IMG/VR virus record: IMGVR_UViG_3300029916_000002
Direction: 5' to 3' (one strand)
Length of the DNA: 20,000 nt
From: an uncultured virus (IMG/VR IMGVR_UViG_3300029916_000002)
Lineage: Duplodnaviria > Heunggongvirae > Uroviricota > Caudoviricetes
Positions 9,752-16,877 of this stretch are shown here, piece by piece. The number at the start of each line of letters is the position of its first letter. The stretch's first letter is position 1. A program made the translations under genes and the position numbers. The notes beneath the pieces are model-generated. The model had not been told where the DNA came from, made no database searches, and saw nothing but the letters and a program-made list of their open reading frames with translations.

Positions 9752-9906
9752 TGTAAGAGAATGTAAGTACGCCGACAGGCATCCACAGAAAAGTTTAGAT
9801 TATTAAAATAAAGTTGAAACTATGGCCGCGAATTTGAATATATCAAATGATGCAGAAAGGTTAAATAATTCTTAACATATTGGCAATAGTTGTAAGATTA
9901 TGTAAG
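9752..9906. repeat. Two copies of a tandem box TGTAAGA-NN-ATGTAAG
   Basis: tgtaagagaatgtaag at 9752-9767 and tgtaagattatgtaag at 9891-9906 (14/16 identical, 10-bp internal period). Confidence 0.7.
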
Positions 9907-9990
9907 CGTTGTCGAATGTCAACGGAAAATCGGCATCTTCTCGCGAGTCTTCACGGGAAGATAAAACCCGGTGATAAAACCAATGGTGCT

Positions 9991-10209
9991 GTAAGTCATT
10001 GAAATTAAGGTGCGAGACTTTCGAAAAGTGGTAACTTTAACACTCTTCGGCAAAATGATAAAAATTTAAGACTATACGAGAGAATTACACGTTGAATATA
10101 TATTCAGCCTTTGTATCCCTGTTTAATAGTATATTCTTATATATCTCATGGTAAGCATGGTAAAGTAACCTATATATAATAATACGTCTTAATATTTTCA
10201 ATCACTTAC
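9991..10209. repeat. Symmetric (degenerate inverted-repeat) element centred near 10100; candidate origin or packaging site
   Basis: Central palindrome TGAATATATATTCA (10093-10106); inverted pairs 10030-10042/10158-10170 (11/13) and 9991-10004/10196-10209 (13/14). Confidence 0.7.
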
Positions 10210-10293
10210 GAAACTTTCATATCTTCATATCACGTGATTTTCTTGATGATTGTTCCCGTTAAGGTTACCTATCTATATGATTTTAATAACAAA

Positions 10294-10393
10294 TCGCGGC
10301 AATTTCTAGCCTCACGTCGCAATTATCACAAGTCGCGGCAATATTCAAGGACTATTTTTAAGGACTAGGATTTTGCATTGCTATCGCGGCAAT
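10294..10393 (+). repeat. Three direct repeats TCGCGGCAAT upstream of terS
   Basis: Exact copies at 10294, 10333 and 10384, plus a shortened TCGCAAT at 10317. Confidence 0.8.
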
Positions 10394-10406
10394 AAAATTT
10401 TATTAT
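10378..10406 (+). promoter_or_regulatory. Putative sigma70 promoter for terS (TTGCTA-17-TATTAT)
   Basis: Canonical spacing; SD TAAGGA and ATG 10437 follow. Confidence 0.55.
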
Positions 10407-10436
10407 GGAGTTAATATTTATTAAGGACTTTTTATC

Positions 10437-10979
10437 ATGGCTTACGACGACAGCGAAAATATGCAATTGGAGGTTGAGGAATTCTCAAAAGTTGAGTATG
10501 CGCTGATGAATCGAGCCTCTTTTGATTTATATATCGAACGTAAAATAAAAGGCACAGCCTCGGTCATTGCGTTAATGACGGCGTTCGGTTATGAGTACGC
10601 GAAGGATTTATATGTTACGCATCGAATTTATATGCTCGAAAGTAATCCGTATTATCTCGAACGATTTGACGCGCGGCTAGCTGAACTAAAATTAGCGAAA
10701 GTTTGGAATCCGGCGATGTCCGCTTATTCGCTAATTTCGTTGGTCAAGGCGGATACGACAAAAGACACGGTAAAATTAAGCGCGATAAAAGAACTGAATG
10801 TTATTTTTGGTATCACGACAGTCGACGATGCAGGCCGATCGCGAGCTGTACGAAAATTGGACGATTTTTACGCGGATCAGGTTCAGCAGGAAGACGAAAC
10901 GACGACAGCGGAGGAAGAAGAGGCGGAAAAGGCCAAAAATCCTCAACCAGAAGGCCAAGGCGACGTGCAAGAGGGGTAA
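10437..10979 (+). CDS. terS: Probable terminase small subunit
   Basis: 180 aa, helical, KLSAIKEL motif typical of the TerS oligomerisation helix, acidic tail, same strand as and upstream of terL. Confidence 0.7.
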   Translation: MAYDDSENMQLEVEEFSKVEYALMNRASFDLYIERKIKGTASVIALMTAFGYEYAKDLYVTHRIYMLESNPYYLERFDARLAELKLAKVWNPAMSAYSLISLVKADTTKDTVKLSAIKELNVIFGITTVDDAGRSRAVRKLDDFYADQVQQEDETTTAEEEEAEKAKNPQPEGQGDVQEG

Positions 10980-11007
10980 GCCATACGATTGCATTACCCT
11001 ATCAACT

Positions 11008-11040
11008 AAAAAGCCCTAGCGTCGATTCTAGGGCTTTGTC
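11008..11040. terminator. Bidirectional intrinsic terminator between convergent genes
   Basis: AAAGCCCTAG-8 nt-CTAGGGCTTT with A run on the left and T-rich tail on the right. Confidence 0.85.
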
Positions 11041-11057
11041 ATTTTGGATTGAAATCT

Positions 11058-11444
11058 TCATCCTGGGTAGGTCAAATGATTGGCGCGGCAAAGACGATAG
11101 AAATTAATTTTTTCTCTTTTTGCTCGTTCTTTAAATTCATTGCGAGCGCATAGCCATGTTAATAATCGTTGCCGTTTTAAATAGCGACTTTCTTCCGTTT
11201 CAAATCCTTTTAATTCTTCTCCCAATAACAAACCGTTAGGAATTCCGGTTGCTTTTGCAATCATATCGATTGACCATTGCATAATTTCATTAAACGACTT
11301 GCTTGAATCGTCATTTAATAATTCATTAAACCACATGTCTATTTGTGTATTCTTTTTAATTTTCTTTTTTTGTTGCAGATGATTCATAATGGTAGGCACA
11401 ATTGACTTGCCAATCTGCCTACCATTCCTGCCGTATATTATCAT
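11058..11444 (-). CDS. Small accessory protein with terminase Walker-A-like and portal-like motifs
   Basis: 128 aa; ATGA overlap with the upstream stop and SD AGGGTG support the start; motifs GRQIGKS and MIAKATGIPNGLLLGE. Confidence 0.7.
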   Translation of the reverse strand: MIIYGRNGRQIGKSIVPTIMNHLQQKKKIKKNTQIDMWFNELLNDDSSKSFNEIMQWSIDMIAKATGIPNGLLLGEELKGFETEESRYLKRQRLLTWLCARNEFKERAKREKINFYRLCRANHLTYPG

Positions 11445-11902
11445 TTAATAATCACCCTGGTATCATTCGTTCTGGCTGCGTTTTTATTGTTGAGATAAAT
11501 TTTGCCCAGATATTTAAGTCCTGCGTCTGACCAATCCAGGGAGTCGAGCGCCTGCCGGTGGCCGTCTGAGATATCGATAGCGTAGGCATTACGGTCAGCG
11601 TGCCAACATAGGCGCTCTACGACCCTGCCATCCAGGGTAATGACGTCCGCCTCGCCTATGTCCTCGCCTGAGCATTGTCCGGCGTAGTTCGTGAGTATGA
11701 GGGTCAATGCCGGGGTGACTATCTCGACGCCCATGGTTCCCTGCATCGATAAAATGGATTGTTCGGTCGCCGACTGGCCAGGATTTGACCGGTCCATCGT
11801 GGTTGATTGAAAAGTAGCCGAAACAGCATAATCTGCTGTTAATGCCGATGTTAGGATAATCACAGCAGATGTTAGAAATTTAACTTTGGTCTTAATGTTC
11901 AT
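11441..11902 (-). CDS. Exported/periplasmic protein with signal peptide and two Cys
   Basis: Start reassigned to ATG 11902 (SD AAGGA): MNIKTKVKFLTSAVIILTSALTADYAVSA is basic, then hydrophobic, with A-x-A-like sites. The longer 251-aa version overlaps the 89-aa gene. Confidence 0.75.
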   Translation of the reverse strand: MNIKTKVKFLTSAVIILTSALTADYAVSATFQSTTMDRSNPGQSATEQSILSMQGTMGVEIVTPALTLILTNYAGQCSGEDIGEADVITLDGRVVERLCWHADRNAYAIDISDGHRQALDSLDWSDAGLKYLGKIYLNNKNAARTNDTRVIIK

Positions 11903-11951
11903 TGTCATATCCTTAAAATTTATTGTCGTCATCGTTATTAACGAATTTACT

Positions 11952-12221
11952 CTATGCCCAGGGTTCCTTGTCGTCATCGACAATAACGCTACCATTTCTT
12001 TCTTTTGGAACAATATGAATCGAACGGATGTCGAGTAAATATTGTCCACGTCCATTGAGTTGTTCTCCCTGGTCATCATAGAAACGGTTAGAATCATCGC
12101 GCCACAACGCACAAAGAAAATCAGATGACGGATTGATATTTGCTGAAAATTGTAATAGTTTAACTTCTTCAAAATTGAATCCATCGACCGTAACATTACC
12201 AGTATGAGTAAATTTTATCAT
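11952..12221 (-). CDS. Hypothetical protein
   Basis: 89 aa, SD GAGG, ATGA overlap with the upstream gene. Confidence 0.75.
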   Translation of the reverse strand: MIKFTHTGNVTVDGFNFEEVKLLQFSANINPSSDFLCALWRDDSNRFYDDQGEQLNGRGQYLLDIRSIHIVPKERNGSVIVDDDKEPWA

Positions 12222-12568
12222 TTGACTACCTCGAATTTGTATATTTTTTGCTGATAAACATATGTCTTTTTGCCGACCAGTTTTAATGCTGTCCGAAATC
12301 TGGAATGTTTATGCATCGGGAGATTGTAGAATTTAAACGCAACAGCGACGGATTTAAATTCAGTCACTTTGCCGTTAAATTCTACCGTAACGTGATTACG
12401 CAAGGTTCTTTTGCGAAAAATTTCTACATCGTCCCACGTCTTTTTGATGTGCGCAGAAAGTTTAGCGTTTTTTGTGTCTTTAATGGATTGAATGGCTGCA
12501 TTCAACTCCAACTCTTGCATTAGTTCGTCATGTGTCAACTCAATCATTGTGTCATTTTCCATCGTCAT
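12218..12568 (-). CDS. Basic phage protein, putative NUMOD1-like DNA-binding domain
   Basis: V.FNG....FKSV..AF..Y.LP pattern (beta-hairpin plus helix), K/R rich; first gene after a - strand promoter. Confidence 0.5.
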   Translation of the reverse strand: MTMENDTMIELTHDELMQELELNAAIQSIKDTKNAKLSAHIKKTWDDVEIFRKRTLRNHVTVEFNGKVTEFKSVAVAFKFYNLPMHKHSRFRTALKLVGKKTYVYQQKIYKFEVVK

Positions 12569-12603
12569 CGCCTTGAATCTACATCGTTAAAACGTCAATG
12601 AAC

Positions 12604-12632
12604 ATTATCAGTCATTCAGCCAATGAACGCAA
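12604..12632 (-). promoter_or_regulatory. Putative sigma70 promoter for the inverted cassette (TTGCGT-17-GATAAT)
   Basis: Read on the - strand with a 17-bp spacer, about 35 nt upstream of ATG 12568. Confidence 0.65.
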
Positions 12633-12637
12633 GCCCT

Positions 12638-12665
12638 TTCGATACTTAAGCAAAAGTGATATATT
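12638..12665 (+). promoter_or_regulatory. Putative terL promoter (extended -10 TGaTATATT, weak -35 TTCGAT)
   Basis: A promoter here is implied because terL follows an oppositely oriented cassette; SD AGAGGA follows. Confidence 0.45.
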
Positions 12666-12693
12666 ACGTACATGATAATAAGAGGACATTCAA

Positions 12694-14097
12694 ATGTTTC
12701 AGCTTAATCCTTTCTTGCGACGCTTTTGGTCTAGGCCATCGGACGTTAAAGTTTTGCACGGCGGACGGGCAAGCTCAAAAAGCCATGATGCAGCGGGCCA
12801 TGCTATTTTTTTAGCGCAAGAATACACGTTGAAATTTCTTTGCGCACGTCAATTTCAAAATAGAATTAGTGAATCAGTTTATACGCTATTATGCGATAAA
12901 ATAGAAGCGTCCGGGTTTAAAAATGAATTTGTCATAACCAATAATTCGATTAAACATAAATACACTGGCTCAGAATTTATATTCTATGGCATTGCACGAA
13001 ATCTCTCGGAAATAAAATCTGCCGAAGGTATAGATATTCTTTGGCTCGAAGAAGCGCAATATTTAACTGAAAAACAATGGCTTACGCTTGAACCGACTAT
13101 CCGCGCCAATAACTCCGAAATATGGATCATCTTCAACCCTGAATTAATTACCGACTTTGCTTATCAGCGGTTCGTCGTTAATCCATTACCCAATTCAATC
13201 GTCCAGCGAATAAATTATGATAAAAATCCTTTCTTGTCGAAGAAAATGATCCGCGTAATTGAAATGATGTACAAAGAAAATAAAGAATTGGCAGATCATA
13301 TTTATGGTGGAGAACCATTAACTGGAGCTGATAAATCCGTCATTAATCTTAAATACGTCCTGGCGGCAAAAGATGCCCACCTTAAAGCTCCGGCGATCCT
13401 CGGAGTCGATTGGCCGGTACGTGGTATTCGTCGGACGGGTTATGATGTGGCCGACGATGGCGATGATCTAAACGCTATGGTAGATTTTATCGACAATATC
13501 ATTAGCCACGTTGAAGAATGGCATGGTTTAGAAGATGAATTGAACAAATCGGCGCACCGCGTTTACAATCATGCGAGGATAATGAACACTAGCGTAACAT
13601 TTGACGCGACGGGCGTTGGTCGTGGTGCTGGCGCAAACTTTAAAGATTTTAATGCTGAAAATAAAAAGAATAATATACCATTCCGATTAATTTATGATGC
13701 TTTCAATGCAGGCGGCGGAGTAAAAGATCCTGATGATCCGTTTATGAAACTGGCGCACTTAATCATTACTAACCATGATTACTTTGCGAATATCAAAGGC
13801 CAAGGCTGGGTAGAAGTCGCTGAACGCTTTAGAAAGACCTATGAAGTCGTTGAACTTGGCATTAAACATCCAATAGATCAACTCATTTCTATTGACACGT
13901 CGAAAGTAAAAGAACCATATTTAACGAAAATGTGCTTTGAATTGTCGACTCCTTATAAAGACCTTGATAATAATGGTCGATTCTTAGTAGAAACTAAAAA
14001 GGATCTGAAAAAACGCGACATCAAATCACCAAATATTGCCGACGCCGCGATTATGGCTGTAATGAAACCGAATAGAGAACCGGGGAGATTTTTTTAA
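12694..14097 (+). CDS. terL: Terminase large subunit, PBSX/XtmB-like
   Basis: GGRASSKS Walker A variant, WLEEAQ Walker B, PTIR and IFNP motifs, nuclease motifs GYDVADDGDD and SPNIADA. Confidence 0.96.
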   Translation: MFQLNPFLRRFWSRPSDVKVLHGGRASSKSHDAAGHAIFLAQEYTLKFLCARQFQNRISESVYTLLCDKIEASGFKNEFVITNNSIKHKYTGSEFIFYGIARNLSEIKSAEGIDILWLEEAQYLTEKQWLTLEPTIRANNSEIWIIFNPELITDFAYQRFVVNPLPNSIVQRINYDKNPFLSKKMIRVIEMMYKENKELADHIYGGEPLTGADKSVINLKYVLAAKDAHLKAPAILGVDWPVRGIRRTGYDVADDGDDLNAMVDFIDNIISHVEEWHGLEDELNKSAHRVYNHARIMNTSVTFDATGVGRGAGANFKDFNAENKKNNIPFRLIYDAFNAGGGVKDPDDPFMKLAHLIITNHDYFANIKGQGWVEVAERFRKTYEVVELGIKHPIDQLISIDTSKVKEPYLTKMCFELSTPYKDLDNNGRFLVETKKDLKKRDIKSPNIADAAIMAVMKPNREPGRFF

Positions 14098-14100
14098 TTC

Positions 14101-14505
14101 TCAACCGAATTTCATTTGAAAATCGGGCGATGATAATATATTGTCACGCCCGATTTTATCACAATAGTCGATAATATTTTTGCAATATATAAAATCTATG
14201 GCACCGTGCCATCTTATATAACGACTTGCCATGTCAGCCATGCGTTTATTTTTAGCATAATAGGCATCGAAAGCTTTTTCTTTTGTATCGTAATAACGAG
14301 TTGTCTTTGCATTCTTTTTACAACCAATAGTATAATATTCTAGATCGTCTCTAGTATATATTTTCATTGGCCCATTTTTATCTAAATGATTTTTATACCA
14401 GTGGTCAGGTACGGAAAAATAATAATATTTTGTTTCCCTTATGACAATATTAATCAATAGATAAAGTTTATTCGACCCGAATTTATAAGCGTAAAGTTGT
14501 TTCAT
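14101..14505 (-). CDS. Hypothetical protein (Tyr/Lys-rich)
   Basis: 134 aa, tightly packed in the - strand gene run. Confidence 0.7.
   Translation of the reverse strand: MKQLYAYKFGSNKLYLLINIVIRETKYYYFSVPDHWYKNHLDKNGPMKIYTRDDLEYYTIGCKKNAKTTRYYDTKEKAFDAYYAKNKRMADMASRYIRWHGAIDFIYCKNIIDYCDKIGRDNILSSPDFQMKFG
14119..14157. terminator. Long hairpin, putative bidirectional terminator after terL
   Basis: AAAATCGGGCG...CGCCCGATTTT perfect 11-bp arms plus an inner TGATAAT/ATTGTCA stem. Confidence 0.75.
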
Positions 14506-14511
14506 AATAGT

Positions 14512-14901
14512 TTACTCGAAATATTGATAACGTTTTTTATCATCAGTCCAGCAATCATGACACAATACGCGCGACTGATTGCCATAAAATACATTATCGC
14601 ATCCAGGAAATCGGCAAACGTGACGCTTTTGCACGGTATCTTTTATATAGTCCCATGAATTTGTGGTCGGAATTTCATTGATATTCTTTTCAAGCCGATC
14701 GAAATTAATGATAGAAAACTTTTTGTTGTAATATCTAGTCGCCATGAAACAACCATTAATAATACAATGGCGATGCGCTTCGGTATCGGACAAACAATTT
14801 AACAATGTGGCGCGGCCAATACCTAACTCATTAGCCAAACGAGTTTTAGAGATTTTATAAACTTTCAAAATTTCCGGTATTGTCATGACGTTTACTTGCA
14901 T
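14512..14901 (-). CDS. NinH-like HTH protein fused to a C-terminal Cys4 zinc finger
   Basis: TIPEIL..Y..SKTRLA.ELG..R.T....D....H.IING..M..R matches the lambda NinH pattern as recalled; CRFPGC...CHDC; start reassigned to ATG 14901 (SD GAGGA). Confidence 0.7.
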   Translation of the reverse strand: MQVNVMTIPEILKVYKISKTRLANELGIGRATLLNCLSDTEAHRHCIINGCFMATRYYNKKFSIINFDRLEKNINEIPTTNSWDYIKDTVQKRHVCRFPGCDNVFYGNQSRVLCHDCWTDDKKRYQYFE

Positions 14902-15143
14902 AATGTCCTCGTCATGTAGCAAATAGAAATAATCCAGGTAAGAATGCCAAATGCATTTGCAATAAAATAATTAGATAAAGATAAAACAAATCCGAAGGCG
15001 AGCAATGCGACTATGCGCCACCACTCTTCTTCAGTATATTTTTTCTTATTGGTTGGAAATTGCCAGGATACATAAGACAATATGGCAATGATGACAATTT
15101 CAATAATATCAACTGTCGGGATAAAGGCGCTTTGAAAACTCAT
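14892..15143 (-). CDS. Small membrane protein (2-3 TM)
   Basis: 83 aa with hydrophobic stretches IIEIVIIAILSYV, IVALLAFGFVLSL and FGILTWIISIC. Confidence 0.7.
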   Translation of the reverse strand: MSFQSAFIPTVDIIEIVIIAILSYVSWQFPTNKKKYTEEEWWRIVALLAFGFVLSLSNYFIANAFGILTWIISICYMTRTLCK

Positions 15144-15703
15144 TATTTATTTTCCCGTTGAGATTTGAAAAATGCTAATGTTAAATCTCTGTCAATTTCT
15201 TCAGTTGGCATTCGTTTAATATCTGAATCTTTCATAGAAAACTTATGAAGATTAGCTTCCGAAGCCTTGATCCATGCTAAGGATTCAAAATCGTACTGTA
15301 ATAAACCCGAAATTTTGTCATATTTAAAAATAAACGGAACGTTGGGGTATGTATATGAATAATAATGCGTGGCTTCTTTCATGCCGTCATTAAGTTTCCG
15401 ATATTCTATTTTCTTTTCTAATAACTTGGCATACAACAAACTATATTTCATACCTATCGACATTCCATTGTCAATATAATAAATAACTTTATCGGCGGAT
15501 TTCATCCATGTTAACCCGGCTTCTATTCCCTTGTCGCGTTCTGCTTGATTAAAATCATCAAGGATACCGGGTTGAGTATAAAGAAGATGCGATGCAAGCG
15601 GCGCTTCACCTTTATCTAATGAATCTTTAACGCATAATCTTGCATATTCAAGATTATCCCGAACTTCTCCAGCATAGGGAGATTCGATAATAACTTTAAT
15701 CAT
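15143..15703 (-). CDS. Nucleoside 2-deoxyribosyltransferase-like (DUF4406-related) domain plus C-terminal extension
   Basis: VIIESPYAG, GEAPLASHLLYTQ..LDD....ER..GI.AG and S.GM motifs. Confidence 0.7.
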   Translation of the reverse strand: MIKVIIESPYAGEVRDNLEYARLCVKDSLDKGEAPLASHLLYTQPGILDDFNQAERDKGIEAGLTWMKSADKVIYYIDNGMSIGMKYSLLYAKLLEKKIEYRKLNDGMKEATHYYSYTYPNVPFIFKYDKISGLLQYDFESLAWIKASEANLHKFSMKDSDIKRMPTEEIDRDLTLAFFKSQRENK

Positions 15704-15705
15704 TA

Positions 15706-16089
15706 TTATTCCTTATTTTGCGCGTCAAGTTTGCGTAATATAACTTCAGCCTTTCTAGCGCTTTCATTAAACTTAATGGATAATTTAATTAAATCATCTT
15801 TCAAATTGGTGCTGTCTTCCGCAACCTGTTTAACTTCTTTGGAGACCAGATCAAATGCTATCAGATAACAAGTGTTCATAATTTGATTTTCGTCATGAAT
15901 CATGAGTTTTAATTTTTCTTTTAAGTCACGGTTTTCTTTTTGCAAAAACAAAATTAGATCACCTTGCATCACATTGCTAAGGCGCAAATATTCCAACTCA
16001 CTTCGCATGGTCATAGTCATTGGCGGAGCGGGCGGGATCTCACCTTGATATCCCTCTTTTGGCGGCGGAGCATTACGATGATTAATCAT
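15706..16089 (-). CDS. Hypothetical protein with Pro-rich N-terminus and coiled coil
   Basis: 127 aa, ATGA-coupled to the upstream gene. Confidence 0.7.
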   Translation of the reverse strand: MINHRNAPPPKEGYQGEIPPAPPMTMTMRSELEYLRLSNVMQGDLILFLQKENRDLKEKLKLMIHDENQIMNTCYLIAFDLVSKEVKQVAEDSTNLKDDLIKLSIKFNESARKAEVILRKLDAQNKE

Positions 16090-16388
16090 TTATATTTTTC
16101 CTTATTGCAATGATCATATGCAGTCATAGCGTAACAAAGTATTTCGCTCAATTCGTTAACATTATTCAACTGTCCAGTTTTCCCCATCTTTTTATCACGT
16201 AATTTATTAATCATATGGATAGTTTCACGAATGATAGTCCCATAATCCGATAATTTACATTCTAATTTATCCTCAAGATTTATTTTCTTTTCTGCGTTAG
16301 TAAAATAATATTTATTGCCTTTATAAAACGCGTATCCTTCGTCATCTTCAGCATCAAAAACAATTAATTCAAAATCGTTATTTTTCAT
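16086..16388 (-). CDS. Hypothetical protein
   Basis: 100 aa, SD AAGGA, overlaps both neighbours. Confidence 0.7.
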   Translation of the reverse strand: MKNNDFELIVFDAEDDEGYAFYKGNKYYFTNAEKKINLEDKLECKLSDYGTIIRETIHMINKLRDKKMGKTGQLNNVNELSEILCYAMTAYDHCNKEKYK

Positions 16389-16827
16389 TTTGATCTTCCT
16401 TAATGACTCCTAATATAAGATCTAATTCTTCCTTAAGAATCTTTTGAAGTTCAGTATATGTAATTTCGTAAGTCTTTTCGTATGGAACAGTAACACCGTT
16501 AAGTTCTGCATTTACAACTTTATGAATGATGCGATTGATAATTGTATCCTCATAAACTTTCAATTGCCCATTGAAAAATTCTACTAGAGTATTTTTATCA
16601 TTTTCAGTTTTTGGATGAAGTTCAAAAGTAAAACCTAATGAAGACAATAAGGAATCATCTTTATATGCAATAACTGTTTTGTCTTCTCCAGGCGCGGCGG
16701 GATCGACCTTAACTTCCGAATTGCCAGTATCTAAAGGATCGATCTTATAACCCATAAAACCGAATGGATTAATAATATTTCTTAATGCTTCATTACCGGA
16801 AATAATTTTAATCGGCCCAGGGATCAT
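16378..16827 (-). CDS. Accessory protein with a terminase-nuclease-like motif; probably the C-terminal part of a frameshifted gene
   Basis: VDPAAPGEDKTVIAY motif; weak SD; frame stays open upstream through the slippery run at 16902-16913. Confidence 0.65.
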   Translation of the reverse strand: MIPGPIKIISGNEALRNIINPFGFMGYKIDPLDTGNSEVKVDPAAPGEDKTVIAYKDDSLLSSLGFTFELHPKTENDKNTLVEFFNGQLKVYEDTIINRIIHKVVNAELNGVTVPYEKTYEITYTELQKILKEELDLILGVIKEDQNEK

Positions 16828-16877
16828 TTCTTCATCATTCCAATTTCCAGTAACTAAATCGTCAATCGGGCGTCGTC

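Noticed and set aside
9670..10436. CRISPR array, tRNA or protelomerase telRL site in the long intergenic region
   Set aside because: No 25-45-bp regularly spaced repeats and no cloverleaf seen; the perfect palindrome is only 14 bp and no protelomerase gene is in view.
10703..11107. Alternate-frame ORFs (134, 73 and 72 aa) over terS
   Set aside because: Shadow frames of the acidic terS tail; the longest runs through the terminator and none has an evident SD.
11903..12196. N-terminal 98 aa of the 251-aa ORF
   Set aside because: Overlaps the SD-led, ATGA-coupled 89-aa gene; the SD and signal peptide point to ATG 11902.
14892..15143. Holin
   Set aside because: No endolysin or spanin nearby; the context is an accessory gene cluster.
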